A DNA stretch of 64,000 bases. Source: Opitutales bacterium. Lineage in GTDB: Bacteria; Verrucomicrobiota; Verrucomicrobiia; Opitutales; Opitutaceae. The number at the start of each line of letters is the position of its first letter. Position 1 is the first letter of the stretch. The stretch spans positions 2,518-66,517 of the forward strand of contig JBBRBC010000012.1 in the NCBI GenBank assembly GCA_038206205.1, read 5' to 3'. This document shows, piece by piece, positions 10,578 to 21,919 of this stretch. The notes under the pieces are model-generated. The model was not told where the DNA came from and searched no databases. It worked only from the letters and a program-made list of their open reading frames with translations. Both the position numbers and the translations under genes were made by a program.

Positions 10578-10580
10578 CCG

Positions 10581-11126
10581 ATGCCACTCTTCCTCGCGGT
10601 TCTTCTTCCCGGACTTTTTCTCGCCCTGCTCGGCGGCGTGCTGTTGTGGAATGATCCACGGATCAGCTCCGCGGCGAAAGCCTTGCCGCGCTCGCAACGT
10701 TGCGCGTGGGTGTTTTTCGGCGCGAGCGCGGCGTGGTTCATCTGGCGGCTTTCACGGGTGGGAGAATCCGATCTGATTTTCTTCCAACAACCGCTGCCGC
10801 TGATGATTGGTTTTGGCGTGCTGGCGGTACTGGCGTTCATCTACACGCCGGACTTTCTCGCCGTGCGCGGGCTCAGCGTGCTGCTGCTACTGGTCGGCGA
10901 GCCGCTGCTTAAATCCGCGTACATGGAGTGGACGCATCCGTGGCGCTTGCTGATGGTCACGGCGGTTTATATCGGACTGGCACTGGCGCTTTATCTCGCC
11001 GCTGCCCCGTTCCGGCTCCGTGATTTTTTTGCGTGGCTGTACGGCTCAGCCAGCCGGCCCCGCGCGCTCGGTGCGGGGCTGCTGGTTTACGGCCTCGCCA
11101 CTTCGGCGGCGGCTTTCACCTGCTGA
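10581..11126 (+). CDS. Integral membrane protein, unknown function
   Basis: 181-aa ORF with about 5 hydrophobic helices, sitting tightly between miaB and gmk on the same strand. Confidence 0.6.
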   Translation: MPLFLAVLLPGLFLALLGGVLLWNDPRISSAAKALPRSQRCAWVFFGASAAWFIWRLSRVGESDLIFFQQPLPLMIGFGVLAVLAFIYTPDFLAVRGLSVLLLLVGEPLLKSAYMEWTHPWRLLMVTAVYIGLALALYLAAAPFRLRDFFAWLYGSASRPRALGAGLLVYGLATSAAAFTC

Positions 11127-11129
11127 ACC

Positions 11130-11732
11130 ATGACGGCGAATCATACCGCGCTGCTGATTCTCGCCGGCCCGGCCGGAGTGGGTAAAAGCACGCTGTGTGA
11201 ACGTCTCGTCCAGGAAGTGCCCGGATTCGAGCGCGTGGTCACGGCCACGACGCGGCCTCATCGACCCAACGAAGTCGAGGGCCGCGATTATCATTTTCTC
11301 GGCGAGGCGCAGTTCGACACCAAACTCGCCGCCGGCGATTTTCTCGAATGGGCGTGGGTCCACCAACGCTATCGCTACGGCACGCTCAAGTCGGCGGTGC
11401 TCGACCGGTTGTCGCACACCAGCCTGATCATGAACATCGACGTCCAGGGCGTGCGCAACATCCGCACGGCGGCGCAATCGGTGCCGCTGCTCAAGGGCAA
11501 GGTCGTCACGATGTTCGTCGCGCCTGACTCGCTGGAGGTACTTCGCGAGCGGATGCTCGGTCGCGGAGAGATGAGCGACGCCGAGCTGCAACGCCGGATG
11601 CAGAGCGCCGAAATCGAAATGGCCGAGCGGAATTCCTTCGACTACATCATCCACAGCAAGACGAAGGAGCAGGATTTTCTGGCCCTCCGGGATTTTTGGG
11701 AACAAGCGCAAAAGAAATTATCCGTCCCATGA
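11130..11732 (+). CDS. gmk: Guanylate kinase
   Basis: P-loop [10 protein letters not shown] and [17 protein letters not shown], the GMP-binding signature. Confidence 0.92.
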   Translation: MTANHTALLILAGPAGVGKSTLCERLVQEVPGFERVVTATTRPHRPNEVEGRDYHFLGEAQFDTKLAAGDFLEWAWVHQRYRYGTLKSAVLDRLSHTSLIMNIDVQGVRNIRTAAQSVPLLKGKVVTMFVAPDSLEVLRERMLGRGEMSDAELQRRMQSAEIEMAERNSFDYIIHSKTKEQDFLALRDFWEQAQKKLSVP

Positions 11733-12688
11733 GCGACTCGCTGGCCCCTTTAACGTTGGAAGAAACCTTGGCGGCGCTGACCCGCGCGAATGATGAAATG
11801 CCTCGGGCCGCGTTCGCCGCGGCCGAAACTCACCGCGCGGCGATCACGCCGGCATTGATCGCCAGTATCGAGGCGCTGACGATTGCTACCGCCAACAACA
11901 CGATTGATCCCGAAGATCAGCTGCCGATTTATGCGATGTATTTGGGCGCAGTCTGGCGGGAGAAAAAAATTCATGCACCCTTGCTGGCGTTCCTTTCCCT
12001 GCCAGGAGACCTCGCCCTGAATGCCACGGAAGATATTCTAACCGAACAGGGCGATAAGCTGCTGGCCCAGACTTGCGGAGGGGACTGGAGTGGCGTGACC
12101 CGGTTAGCGGAAAATTCCGAGGTCGACCTCTTTGTGCGCTGCGCGGCCCTGCGCGCGCTCGGCTTGCTCATGCATTGGGGCGAGATGCCCCGCGCCGTCC
12201 TACTCACGCGTTATCTAACACTGATTTCCACTTACCCTCGTCTACCGGACAAAGAAACCTCCAGCCATATCCTCGGTGAAATTGCCAACCTCACTATTGA
12301 TTTTGGATTGGTGGAATTACGCGAACCGTTGCTCGCTCTTTTCGATCAGGATTTAATCGACGAATTTATCGCCGGCCGCAGTGAAGTGGAAGAGCTGGGG
12401 ACGACGCCGTATATACCGGATGAGTTTTTGCCGATCACTGATGTCGCCGACGCGATTTCCTGGTGGGCTTGTTTCTCACCTGAGTGGGACGAAAACCTTG
12501 AGGAAGACGATCTGATGGACGAGGTCTTGGATGAACCGAGGCCGATCCCCCCAGCCGTGCCGTATTCCTATGAGCCGCAGGTGCCGTATCGTGCCCCGGT
12601 GAAGGTCGGCCGCAACGATCCCTGTCCGTGCGGCACCGGCAAGAAATTTAAAAAATGCTGCGGCGCCGCATTGCCTTTCGTTCCCTAA
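11729..12688 (+). CDS. DUF1186-like protein with C-terminal SEC-C metal-binding motif
   Basis: The ATG at 11729 overlaps the gmk stop (ATGA). The C-terminus [19 protein letters not shown] is a SEC-C Zn-binding motif. Confidence 0.75.
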   Translation: MSDSLAPLTLEETLAALTRANDEMPRAAFAAAETHRAAITPALIASIEALTIATANNTIDPEDQLPIYAMYLGAVWREKKIHAPLLAFLSLPGDLALNATEDILTEQGDKLLAQTCGGDWSGVTRLAENSEVDLFVRCAALRALGLLMHWGEMPRAVLLTRYLTLISTYPRLPDKETSSHILGEIANLTIDFGLVELREPLLALFDQDLIDEFIAGRSEVEELGTTPYIPDEFLPITDVADAISWWACFSPEWDENLEEDDLMDEVLDEPRPIPPAVPYSYEPQVPYRAPVKVGRNDPCPCGTGKKFKKCCGAALPFVP

Positions 12689-12706
12689 TTTTCCTCGCTT
12701 CTCCTT

Positions 12707-13762
12707 ATGGCCAAATCTTCCCAGCCCACCTACCCCGTCGTACCCTTGCCAGTCTGGCGCGAGTTGCTCGATGCCGCGCTGGCGTTTCGCGCCGCGAAAC
12801 CGTGGGAGCGACGGCACGACAACGATCTCTTCGCGTTGATCGACGACCAGCAACGCCCGTGGTTTCCCTCGGTGCTTGGCGCGGCCGGGCAGGTTTTCGG
12901 CGTGGTGCTTTATCGCGGTGAAGCCGGCCTGCGTTTTCTTTTTGAAAATGTGCAGACCTTGCCAGGCAACGATCCCGATCTGGGTTTCCTGCAGGATGCG
13001 CTGATGCTGGACTGGGGCGCGAAGAAGGCCCTCGTGCCGGAGGAAATCGCCCTCCTCGCGCAACTCGGCTACACGCCCAAGCCACGGGAGCGTCAGGCTT
13101 GGCCATGCTTTCGGACGCATACGCCGGGGCTGTATCCTTGGTCGCTCAACGAAACGGAAGCTCGCGAACTCACGCTCGGCCTGCGCGCCACGCTGGCGTG
13201 CCTTCTTTTCGCAGACACGCGGCCGTATTTTTTTATGCCCGGCGAAGAACGCAGCGATTTGTTGCCCACCGTGCTGATGCGCGACGCACTCGCCGGACCC
13301 TTGCAGCCGGAGCAAGTCGAGTGGCGTCAGTGGCAATTGCCCGCGCCGGCCAGCCCGGCCAGTCCGCAACCGTCGCCCCGTTGGTTGGCCGAGCTCAAGG
13401 CGCTGCCCCAAGTGAAAGGCAGCCTGATGGAGTTCGATCAATTTTATATGTTCACTCCGATCTTGGAAGACGGGCGTCCGTATTTTCCGCGGATGGCCTT
13501 GGTCGTCGATGGCGGCACCGGTTTTATCTATGGCATGGAAACGGTTTCGCCCAAAACCTCTTGGGGCGACATCGTGCTGGCAGTCTGGAGCAAGGCGCTG
13601 CTCAGCGCCCGTGCGCGGCCGGAATTTATCGCCATCGGTCAGGGACCTTGGCTTTCCTCGCTCAAACCGCTCGCGTCAGCCCTCGGCATCAAGCTCCTGC
13701 TGAATGAAAAGCTGCCCTATATCGCCGAGGCTCGGGCCTCGTTGAGGCAATTTTCCCAATAA
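12707..13762 (+). CDS. Conserved hypothetical protein
   Basis: 351-aa ORF with non-repetitive, protein-like composition, co-directional with and 18 nt downstream of the SEC-C gene. I recognise no family. Confidence 0.6.
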   Translation: MAKSSQPTYPVVPLPVWRELLDAALAFRAAKPWERRHDNDLFALIDDQQRPWFPSVLGAAGQVFGVVLYRGEAGLRFLFENVQTLPGNDPDLGFLQDALMLDWGAKKALVPEEIALLAQLGYTPKPRERQAWPCFRTHTPGLYPWSLNETEARELTLGLRATLACLLFADTRPYFFMPGEERSDLLPTVLMRDALAGPLQPEQVEWRQWQLPAPASPASPQPSPRWLAELKALPQVKGSLMEFDQFYMFTPILEDGRPYFPRMALVVDGGTGFIYGMETVSPKTSWGDIVLAVWSKALLSARARPEFIAIGQGPWLSSLKPLASALGIKLLLNEKLPYIAEARASLRQFSQ

Positions 13763-13799
13763 GACGCTGAAGCGCTGCGGGAACGAACCGGCCGACACG

Positions 13800-14783
13800 A
13801 TGCGCTTGCCCTTTCCGATCACCGACCACTGCGACGGCCAACGATTTTTCAATCCCGATGGCGTGCAGGCGCGTTCGTTTGCGAATTTGCCGAAGTGGTG
13901 GTGGCAACGGTTGGTCTTGCGCCAGGGAGAACGTTGGCCGAAGTCGGTTCCGGCGGTGGCGCACGCGCTATTGCCAATCTTGGTTCCAACCGGACAAGTC
14001 GCAGTGACCTGGATTGGCCACGCCACGTGCCTGCTCCAATTTCCCCGCTTCACTCTGCTGACCGATCCGATTTTTTCTGAGCGCGCCAGTCCCGTTTCGT
14101 GGGCCGGACCCAAACGCGTGCGGCCACCCGCGCTGAGATTACACCAACTGCCCCGCATCGACGTCGTGCTGGTGAGTCACAATCATTACGACCATCTCGA
14201 CCTGTCCACGCTGCGATGGCTCGCGCGGGAGCATCAGCCTTTGATTGTCACCACGCTGGGCAACAAGGCGTGGTTGGAAAAACGCGGGGTGGGCAACGTG
14301 GTGGAGCTCGATTGGTGGCAAACGCACCGGGCCTCGGCCGATCTCGATGTGCTCTGTACGCCCGCCCATCATTTCGCCGCGCGCTGGCCCTGGGATCGTT
14401 GCCAAACACTTTGGGGCGGCTTCATGCTGCAAACGGCGGATCAGTTGATTTTCTTCGCTGGAGATACCGGTTGGGGCTCCCATTTCGCCATGATTCGCCG
14501 GCTGCTCGGCGCGCCGGATCTCGCGTTGTTGCCCATCGGAGCATACGAGCCGCGCTGGTTTCTTGAGCCCGTGCACATGAATCCCGATGAAGCCGTGCGC
14601 GCTCATCTCGCCCTTGGTGCGCGCCAAAGCATCGGCATGCACTACGGCACCTTTCAACTCACCAATGAAGCGATCGACGCGCCATTGCACGATCTGGCCA
14701 AGGCTCGAATTGAACACGGTTTGGTCGCACGGGTTTTCCCAGCTGCACAAACCGGCGAGACCTTTGCCGTGTCGTTGGCTTAG
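13800..14783 (+). CDS. MBL-fold metallo-hydrolase (NAPE-PLD-like subgroup)
   Basis: Metallo-beta-lactamase motif VLVSHNHYDHLD, plus later conserved His/Asp positions (TPAHHF, FFAGDTG, GMHYGTF). Confidence 0.8.
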   Translation: MRLPFPITDHCDGQRFFNPDGVQARSFANLPKWWWQRLVLRQGERWPKSVPAVAHALLPILVPTGQVAVTWIGHATCLLQFPRFTLLTDPIFSERASPVSWAGPKRVRPPALRLHQLPRIDVVLVSHNHYDHLDLSTLRWLAREHQPLIVTTLGNKAWLEKRGVGNVVELDWWQTHRASADLDVLCTPAHHFAARWPWDRCQTLWGGFMLQTADQLIFFAGDTGWGSHFAMIRRLLGAPDLALLPIGAYEPRWFLEPVHMNPDEAVRAHLALGARQSIGMHYGTFQLTNEAIDAPLHDLAKARIEHGLVARVFPAAQTGETFAVSLA

Positions 14784-14861
14784 TGGTTTCGCCAAACCTG
14801 CCTCGACACGCGCGGAAACTTCCTGCTCTATGCGCTGGACGGGCCAAGATATTCCTTAAGC

Positions 14862-16097
14862 ATGAAACCCCTCCTGTTTACGCTGCTGGCCGTCTCCTTG
14901 GTCGCCAATGTTGTGCTGAGTGTGCGGTCCCGGCACTCGGCCTCTTCACCTTCGTCTGACGCATCCGCGCCGGTGTCCGCCCCGGGCACGATGGTTTCTT
15001 CCACGACTCCCGATCAATCGCCCGCCTCCGGCCTGGCTGAGGGTGCGCCGCTTGCCCAAACGTGGGCGCAACTGCCCTCGGGTGACCTCAAGGGGCTTGT
15101 CGGGCGGCTGCGGACCGCCGGCTTTTCTGAGTCAATGATTCGCGCGATCATCGCGGCTCAAGTTAACGAGCAGTTTTCCGCTCGACGGAAAGCACTGCTC
15201 GCGCAACAGGAAGAAACGCCCTATTGGAATTCGCCGCAGCGTTTTGGTCTGGACCCAAAAACGATGTCCGCTCTCCGAGAACTTAATCGCGAACAAAAAG
15301 AATTACTCCAGCAATTACTCGGGCCCGACGGCGCTACCAGGAATGACGAGAGGCAAGCCTATCAGCGCCGTCAGTACGGCCCGCTCGCGCAAGACAAAGT
15401 CGATCAGTTGCAAAACATCGTCAGTGACTACGGCGAGCTCCGGCAGCAGATCTACTCTGCGGCTAACGGCGTCATCCTACCCGAGGACCGAGAGAAACTC
15501 ACTCTGCTGGAAAAGGAGCAGCGAGCCGACTTGGCTGCGATGCTCACCCCGCAGGAACTCGAAAACTATGAACTGCGCCGTAGTAGCACGGCCAGTCTCT
15601 TGCACTCGCAACTCGGCACCTTCAAACCGACAGAGGAAGAGTTCCGCGCCATCTTCCACGCAACCCGGGCAGCGGAGAATCAATTCGGCTCGATCAGTCC
15701 GGGCGGGGGCACGCAGATCCAGCAAATCCGGACCGCCGTGCTCGATCAGGCCAAAATACTTCTTACGCCCGAACGCTTCGCCGATCTCAAGCAGGCCACC
15801 GACCCTGTCTATCAACAAGCCAACCGCCTTGTTGCCCGGCTCGAACTGCCTGCTTCCGCCGCGATCCAAATTGTCGCAGTGCAGCAGGACATCGCTAAAC
15901 GGGCTGGCGCCCTTCGCGCCGATTCCAGTCTGAGCCCCGCACAACGGAATATCCAGCTCTCTGGACTTTTACAGGAAGCCACGACCAACCTGACCGCCGC
16001 TCTCGGTGGCGCGCGCGGTCTTGAAGCCTACAAGCAATACGGTGGCCAATGGCTGCAAATCCTCCAGCCGCGGCCCGTCCAGCCGCCGAAAAGTTGA
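14862..16097 (+). CDS. Secreted or membrane-anchored hypothetical protein
   Basis: N-terminal hydrophobic anchor MKPLLFTLLAVSLVANVVL, a Ser/Pro-rich linker, then a helical Gln/Leu-rich body. No known motif. Confidence 0.6.
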   Translation: MKPLLFTLLAVSLVANVVLSVRSRHSASSPSSDASAPVSAPGTMVSSTTPDQSPASGLAEGAPLAQTWAQLPSGDLKGLVGRLRTAGFSESMIRAIIAAQVNEQFSARRKALLAQQEETPYWNSPQRFGLDPKTMSALRELNREQKELLQQLLGPDGATRNDERQAYQRRQYGPLAQDKVDQLQNIVSDYGELRQQIYSAANGVILPEDREKLTLLEKEQRADLAAMLTPQELENYELRRSSTASLLHSQLGTFKPTEEEFRAIFHATRAAENQFGSISPGGGTQIQQIRTAVLDQAKILLTPERFADLKQATDPVYQQANRLVARLELPASAAIQIVAVQQDIAKRAGALRADSSLSPAQRNIQLSGLLQEATTNLTAALGGARGLEAYKQYGGQWLQILQPRPVQPPKS

Positions 16098-16154
16098 GGG
16101 GTTTCACCGCGTCCACGATGTGCTGAAAAAATTCTGCTCCCGCCGACCGTGCGC

Positions 16155-17711
16155 TCACTCCTGCGCCGTCACGTAGTGGCAGCCTTTGCTCACGGGGTTG
16201 AGCGAGGCGGCGTGGACGACCAGCAGGGCGGTTTGCACGGCGTTGCGCAACTCGATGAGTTCGCGCGTGGGCTGGCAATCGCGATAGAAGGCCTGGATAT
16301 CTTCGCGGAGTTCGAGCAAAATTCGGCGGGCTCGCGCGAGGCGACGACGTGAGCGAATGATACCGGCGTAATTCCACATCGTCGTCTGGATTTGCTGCAA
16401 ATCCTGACGGATGAGCAACGGATCGGGAATTTTGTCGGGGCTTTGCCAGACCCGCGGCACCGGCAGATGGAAATGATTCACGCGCAATTCCGCGGCATCG
16501 GCCCGCGCAGTGGCCTTGGCGCTGACGAGACATTCGAGCAGCGACGTGCTCGCAAGGCGATTGGCGCCGTGCAAACCGGTGCAGGCGGTTTCGCCAATGG
16601 CGTTGAGATGATGCACGTTTGTGCGGCCGGAAAGATTGGCATGCACGCCACCGCAGGAAAAATGCGCGGCGGGCACGACGGGAATCGGAATTTTTGTGAT
16701 ATCAATGCCGTTAGCCAGACAGCGCTCATGAATGCCGGGGAAACGGTCGCGGATGAACTCCGGCTTCATCGCGGATAAATCGAGATAGACGCAGGCATCG
16801 CCGTTGCCGGCGAGGTGTTGTTGGATCGTGCGCGCCACGATATCGCGCGGAGCGAGCGAACCACGCGGGTGTGCCTCGTCCATGAAGCGTTCGCCACGCA
16901 CATCGACCAAAACCGCACCTTCACCCCGGAGCGCTTCAGTGACGAGAAAGGGTTGCGCGCCTTTTTTATGAAACGCCGTGGGATGAAATTGCACGTACTC
17001 AAGATCGATGAGCCGTGCGCCGACCCGATAAGCCATCGCCACGCCGTGTCCCACGCTGCCGGGTTGATTCGTGCTGTGTTGAAAAATTCCGCCCAAGCCG
17101 CCGGTGGCGAGAATGGTTTTCTTCGCCACCAAGGCCATGACCTCGCCGGTGACGGTGTTTAAGGCGTAACAACCGAAACAGGTGAGCGGTTCGTAGCGAT
17201 CGTGCTGCTCGGAGGAATTGTGCGAGAGCGTCAGCAGATCGACCGCGACAAACCCGCTCCGACGCATGATGTTTTTCGTCGCATCGACGCGTTGCGCGAC
17301 GGCACTGAGAATGGCGTGCCCGGTCGCGTCCTTGGTGTGGATGATACGGCGTTCGCTGTGGCCGCCTTCGCGCGTGAGATGCAACTCGCCGGTGGGTTCA
17401 CGATCAAAACCAACGTGCAGGGAGTCGAGCAACAGCTCCTTGACGGCCGCCGGGCCTTCGCGCACGAGCTGCTCGATGGCCGCAGGATTCGCGGTGCCAT
17501 CGCTGGCCTCGAGGATGTCCTTGGCGAGTTGCTGCGGGTCCGGCGTGGTGTCGTAGATGATCCCGCCCTGCGCCCAATCGCTGTTCGCCTGCAGCGGTTC
17601 TCCGAGGGAAAGCAGTTCGACTTTCAAGCCGGCCTTGGCGGCCTCAAGGGCGTAAGCGGAACCAGCGAGGCCGGCGCCGAGAACGAGACAATCCGTTTGG
17701 ATGGTTTGCAT
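16155..17711 (-). CDS. nadB: L-aspartate oxidase
   Basis: FAD-binding N-terminus DCLVLGAGLAGSAYAL, HFSCGGV motif, length 518 aa. It is the last gene of the nadA-nadC-nadB array. Confidence 0.93.
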   Translation of the reverse strand: MQTIQTDCLVLGAGLAGSAYALEAAKAGLKVELLSLGEPLQANSDWAQGGIIYDTTPDPQQLAKDILEASDGTANPAAIEQLVREGPAAVKELLLDSLHVGFDREPTGELHLTREGGHSERRIIHTKDATGHAILSAVAQRVDATKNIMRRSGFVAVDLLTLSHNSSEQHDRYEPLTCFGCYALNTVTGEVMALVAKKTILATGGLGGIFQHSTNQPGSVGHGVAMAYRVGARLIDLEYVQFHPTAFHKKGAQPFLVTEALRGEGAVLVDVRGERFMDEAHPRGSLAPRDIVARTIQQHLAGNGDACVYLDLSAMKPEFIRDRFPGIHERCLANGIDITKIPIPVVPAAHFSCGGVHANLSGRTNVHHLNAIGETACTGLHGANRLASTSLLECLVSAKATARADAAELRVNHFHLPVPRVWQSPDKIPDPLLIRQDLQQIQTTMWNYAGIIRSRRRLARARRILLELREDIQAFYRDCQPTRELIELRNAVQTALLVVHAASLNPVSKGCHYVTAQE

Positions 17712-17724
17712 GCAGGCGGAGAAA

Positions 17725-18624
17725 TTAACGCCGGCGGCGCCGCGACGTCGGTCGGATGTCCAAACTCAGATCGACGGACATCGCCGAGTGGGTGAGCGCG
17801 CCGATGCTGATGACATTCACGCCGGGCAAAGCGTAATCGCGCAAGGTCTCGAAGCGGACGCCGCCCGAAACTTCCACGATAGCGCAACCGGCGATGATTC
17901 TCACCGCAGCGCGCACCTGATCAGGCGTCATGTTATCCAACAAAATAACTCCGGCTCCAGCGTGGCAGGCCTCGCGAACTTCAGCCATCGTCTTCGCTTC
18001 CACTTCTATCTTCGCCGCATGGGGTGCGGCCAGCCGGCAAAGTTTCACGGCCTTGGTGAGCGAACCGGCGGCGGCGATGTGGTTATCTTTGATCAACACC
18101 TGCTCGCCCAAAGAAGAGCGATGATTGAAACAACCGCCGGTGCGGACTGCATATTTTTCCAGCGCGCGATAGCCGGGTGTGGTTTTGCGCGTATCGACGA
18201 TGCGCACCTCGGTACCCTTGACGACCTCGGCGTAACGGCGCGCTTGCGTGGCAATCCCCGAGAGACGCTGGATGAAATTGAGTGCGGTGCGTTCCGCGGT
18301 AAGCAACGAAGCCGTGGGGCCTTCAATCTCCAGAATCGCTTGGCCGGGTTTGGCGCGGGCACCGTCGCGCACGAGCGCTTTGGTTTTAAGCGTGGGATCG
18401 ACCCGCCAGAAAACGCGCGCCGCCACTTCGAGACCACAGACAATAAGATCTTGCTTGGCATCCATGATAGCCCGGCTGCGATGCGTGGGAGAGAAAATCG
18501 CCCGGCTCGTGACATCGCCAAGCCCGGCATCTTCTTCAAGGGCGAGATCAATCAAAAGGTCGGTGCGAGGAGTAAGCATGGGACGGGGAAAAGTGGTTAT
18601 GGGGGTAAGAGACGGCACGGCCAC
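17725..18624 (-). CDS. nadC: Nicotinate-nucleotide (quinolinate) pyrophosphorylase
   Basis: QPRTase motifs (LIDLALEEDAG, DTRKTTPG, LIKDNHI, LLDNM). An alternative start is the ATG at 18579. Confidence 0.9.
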   Translation of the reverse strand: MAVPSLTPITTFPRPMLTPRTDLLIDLALEEDAGLGDVTSRAIFSPTHRSRAIMDAKQDLIVCGLEVAARVFWRVDPTLKTKALVRDGARAKPGQAILEIEGPTASLLTAERTALNFIQRLSGIATQARRYAEVVKGTEVRIVDTRKTTPGYRALEKYAVRTGGCFNHRSSLGEQVLIKDNHIAAAGSLTKAVKLCRLAAPHAAKIEVEAKTMAEVREACHAGAGVILLDNMTPDQVRAAVRIIAGCAIVEVSGGVRFETLRDYALPGVNVISIGALTHSAMSVDLSLDIRPTSRRRRR

Positions 18625-18647
18625 AAGGGCTGGCCCTACAGGAAGAA

Positions 18648-19709
18648 TCAGTCTTTCGGGGCGAGTTCGAACATCCGATCTATGCAGCGGGCGGCGCGCT
18701 GGCGCAAGGTTTCGTCGAGGGTCACAATCTGGTCGGGGCGCGGGGCGAGAAGGGCATCGCGGACTTTCTCGAGGGAATTAAGCTTCATGTAAGGGCAAAG
18801 CCGACAGCCACCAATGAAATTCTTTTCGGGCGTCTCCACCTGCAACCGCCCGACGAGGCCGCACTCGGTCAGCATAAGGAAGTAAGGCGCCACGGTATTT
18901 TTGACGTATTTCATCATCGCTCCGGTGGAGCCGACGAAATCGGCGGCGGCAGCAACCTCGGGCGCGCATTCGGGATGAGCGACGACTTTCAAGCCGGGAA
19001 AACGAGCACGCGCATCGGTGATGGCCCCCACGTCGAAATCGTCGTGGACGATGCAGGTGCCATCGGAGGAAATGATTTCCTTGTCGACACCGCGATGTTT
19101 CAGCTCGGCCCGGACGTTTTCCGCCATGAGGCGATCGGGCACGAAGAGAATGCGGCGCGCCGGCAAGTTGGCGACGATGTCATAGACATTCCCCGAGGTG
19201 ACGCAGACGTCGCTCTCGGCCTTCACGTCGGCGGTGCTGTTGATGTAGCAGACGACGGTCGCGTCAGGGTAGAGTTGCTTAAGGGCGCGCACGCCGTCGC
19301 CGGTGATGGAGTCGGCCAGCGAGCAACCCGAGCCGCGATCCGGTACGATCACGGTGGCGTCGGGGGAAAGAATTTTTGCCGTCTCCGCCATGAACACCAC
19401 GCCGACGAAAAGGATAATCTTCGCCTTGGATTCACGGGCTTTCAGGCTGAGAAAATAGGAGTCCCCCTTGAAATCACCGACGCCGTAGATGATTTCCGGT
19501 TCGACGTAGGAGTGGGTGAGGATGACGGCATTTTTTTCTTTTTTCAGCCGGTTGATTTCCAAGGTGAGAGGCGCGAAACCCTGGCACGCCTGATAATTCC
19601 ACGAGCGTCCCGGGGTGCAATCGGCGTGCATGAGCGCCTTGAAGAGGCGCTCGGTCTCAGCTTCGAGTTCGGCGGGAGTGAAAATGGGGGCGATCATGCA
19701 GGGTACCAA
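18648..19709 (-). CDS. nadA: Quinolinate synthase
   Basis: 353 aa, typical NadA pattern (ILTHSYVEPEI, VVCYINSTADVKA, HPEC, CPYMK). Confidence 0.92.
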   Translation of the reverse strand: MVPCMIAPIFTPAELEAETERLFKALMHADCTPGRSWNYQACQGFAPLTLEINRLKKEKNAVILTHSYVEPEIIYGVGDFKGDSYFLSLKARESKAKIILFVGVVFMAETAKILSPDATVIVPDRGSGCSLADSITGDGVRALKQLYPDATVVCYINSTADVKAESDVCVTSGNVYDIVANLPARRILFVPDRLMAENVRAELKHRGVDKEIISSDGTCIVHDDFDVGAITDARARFPGLKVVAHPECAPEVAAAADFVGSTGAMMKYVKNTVAPYFLMLTECGLVGRLQVETPEKNFIGGCRLCPYMKLNSLEKVRDALLAPRPDQIVTLDETLRQRAARCIDRMFELAPKD

Positions 19710-19737
19710 TATTATTTTTTAGCCGTTGTTGAACCTG

Positions 19738-19820
19738 AAAGGTAGCGGCGGTTGCCCTCAACCGCCATCTGCCGGAGAGTATATTCGCAAGGCCGTTGAG
19801 GGCAACGGCCCCGACCCGAT
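19738..19820 (-). repeat. Paired-hairpin repeat family R3 (GGCCGTTGCCCTCAACGGCC ... GGCGGTTGAGGGCAACCGCC)
   Basis: The reverse complement aligns end to end with 57786-57870. A half copy lies at 55488-55530. Confidence 0.8.
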
Positions 19821-19857
19821 ATAAATCCAAATATTATGAAAAGTGGGTGTAAGGGAT

Positions 19858-19893
19858 AAAAAAGCCCGCACGCGCGAATGCGCAAACGCGGGC
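19858..19893 (-). terminator. Rho-independent terminator after gnd
   Basis: Minus strand reads GCCCGCGTTTGCGCATTCGCGCGTGCGGGC followed by TTTTTT. Confidence 0.75.
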
Positions 19894-19913
19894 GGAAATT
19901 AGGCCGGGCTATT

Positions 19914-21419
<1,506 letters not shown>

Positions 21420-21501
21420 AAAGAAGCGCTATCAGTAGCAATTGCCGGGCAAAGACCAATCCGTTTTTAGGGGCCGGTGTGTAATAAAAGCCCATGCCAA
21501 C

Positions 21502-21825
21502 TTAGTGATTAGGCTTCGGTTTAGGTTTAGGCTTAGGATTTTTTTTATCGTCCACCCTTAAAGTTTCACTGGAGAAAAAAGGCACGAGTTGATCGATCAG
21601 TGGCGTAAGAAATTTAGGTTCGTTTCTTTGGCTAACCCAGGAAAAGAAAATGATCGTGCTCGCGACAAATCCGATAATGCACAGGATTATCTTGTTCATT
21701 TTGAATACTTTGGGAACGATCACGAACACGACTACGACGACCAAAATACCCGCGCCTATCTTGAGCCAAGTATTTATTGGCATTTCTTTCATAGCTTCTA
21801 TCGCGGTGACGGCAAGTGGCAGCAT
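21502..21825 (-). CDS. Small two-TM membrane protein with (KP)n tail
   Basis: 107 aa, two hydrophobic helices, C-terminal KKNPKPKPKPKPKPNH encoded by a hexamer repeat. Lies in the low-GC block. Confidence 0.5.
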   Translation of the reverse strand: MLPLAVTAIEAMKEMPINTWLKIGAGILVVVVVFVIVPKVFKMNKIILCIIGFVASTIIFFSWVSQRNEPKFLTPLIDQLVPFFSSETLRVDDKKNPKPKPKPKPNH

Positions 21826-21919
21826 GGGATGATCTCTACGATGATATTGGCCGGAGACGAGAAATTTTAAATAGGCGGACGGCTTTAACTAATCCTTGGC
21901 AATTTCTTTCCGGCCTTAC

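Noticed and set aside
19710-19913. Possible NAD+ (nadA-motif) riboswitch in the nadA leader
   Set aside because: The two tandem hairpins there belong to dispersed repeat family R3, which is also found upstream of ilvD and inside a MITE-like element. I could not find the conserved bulge nucleotides of the nadA motif.
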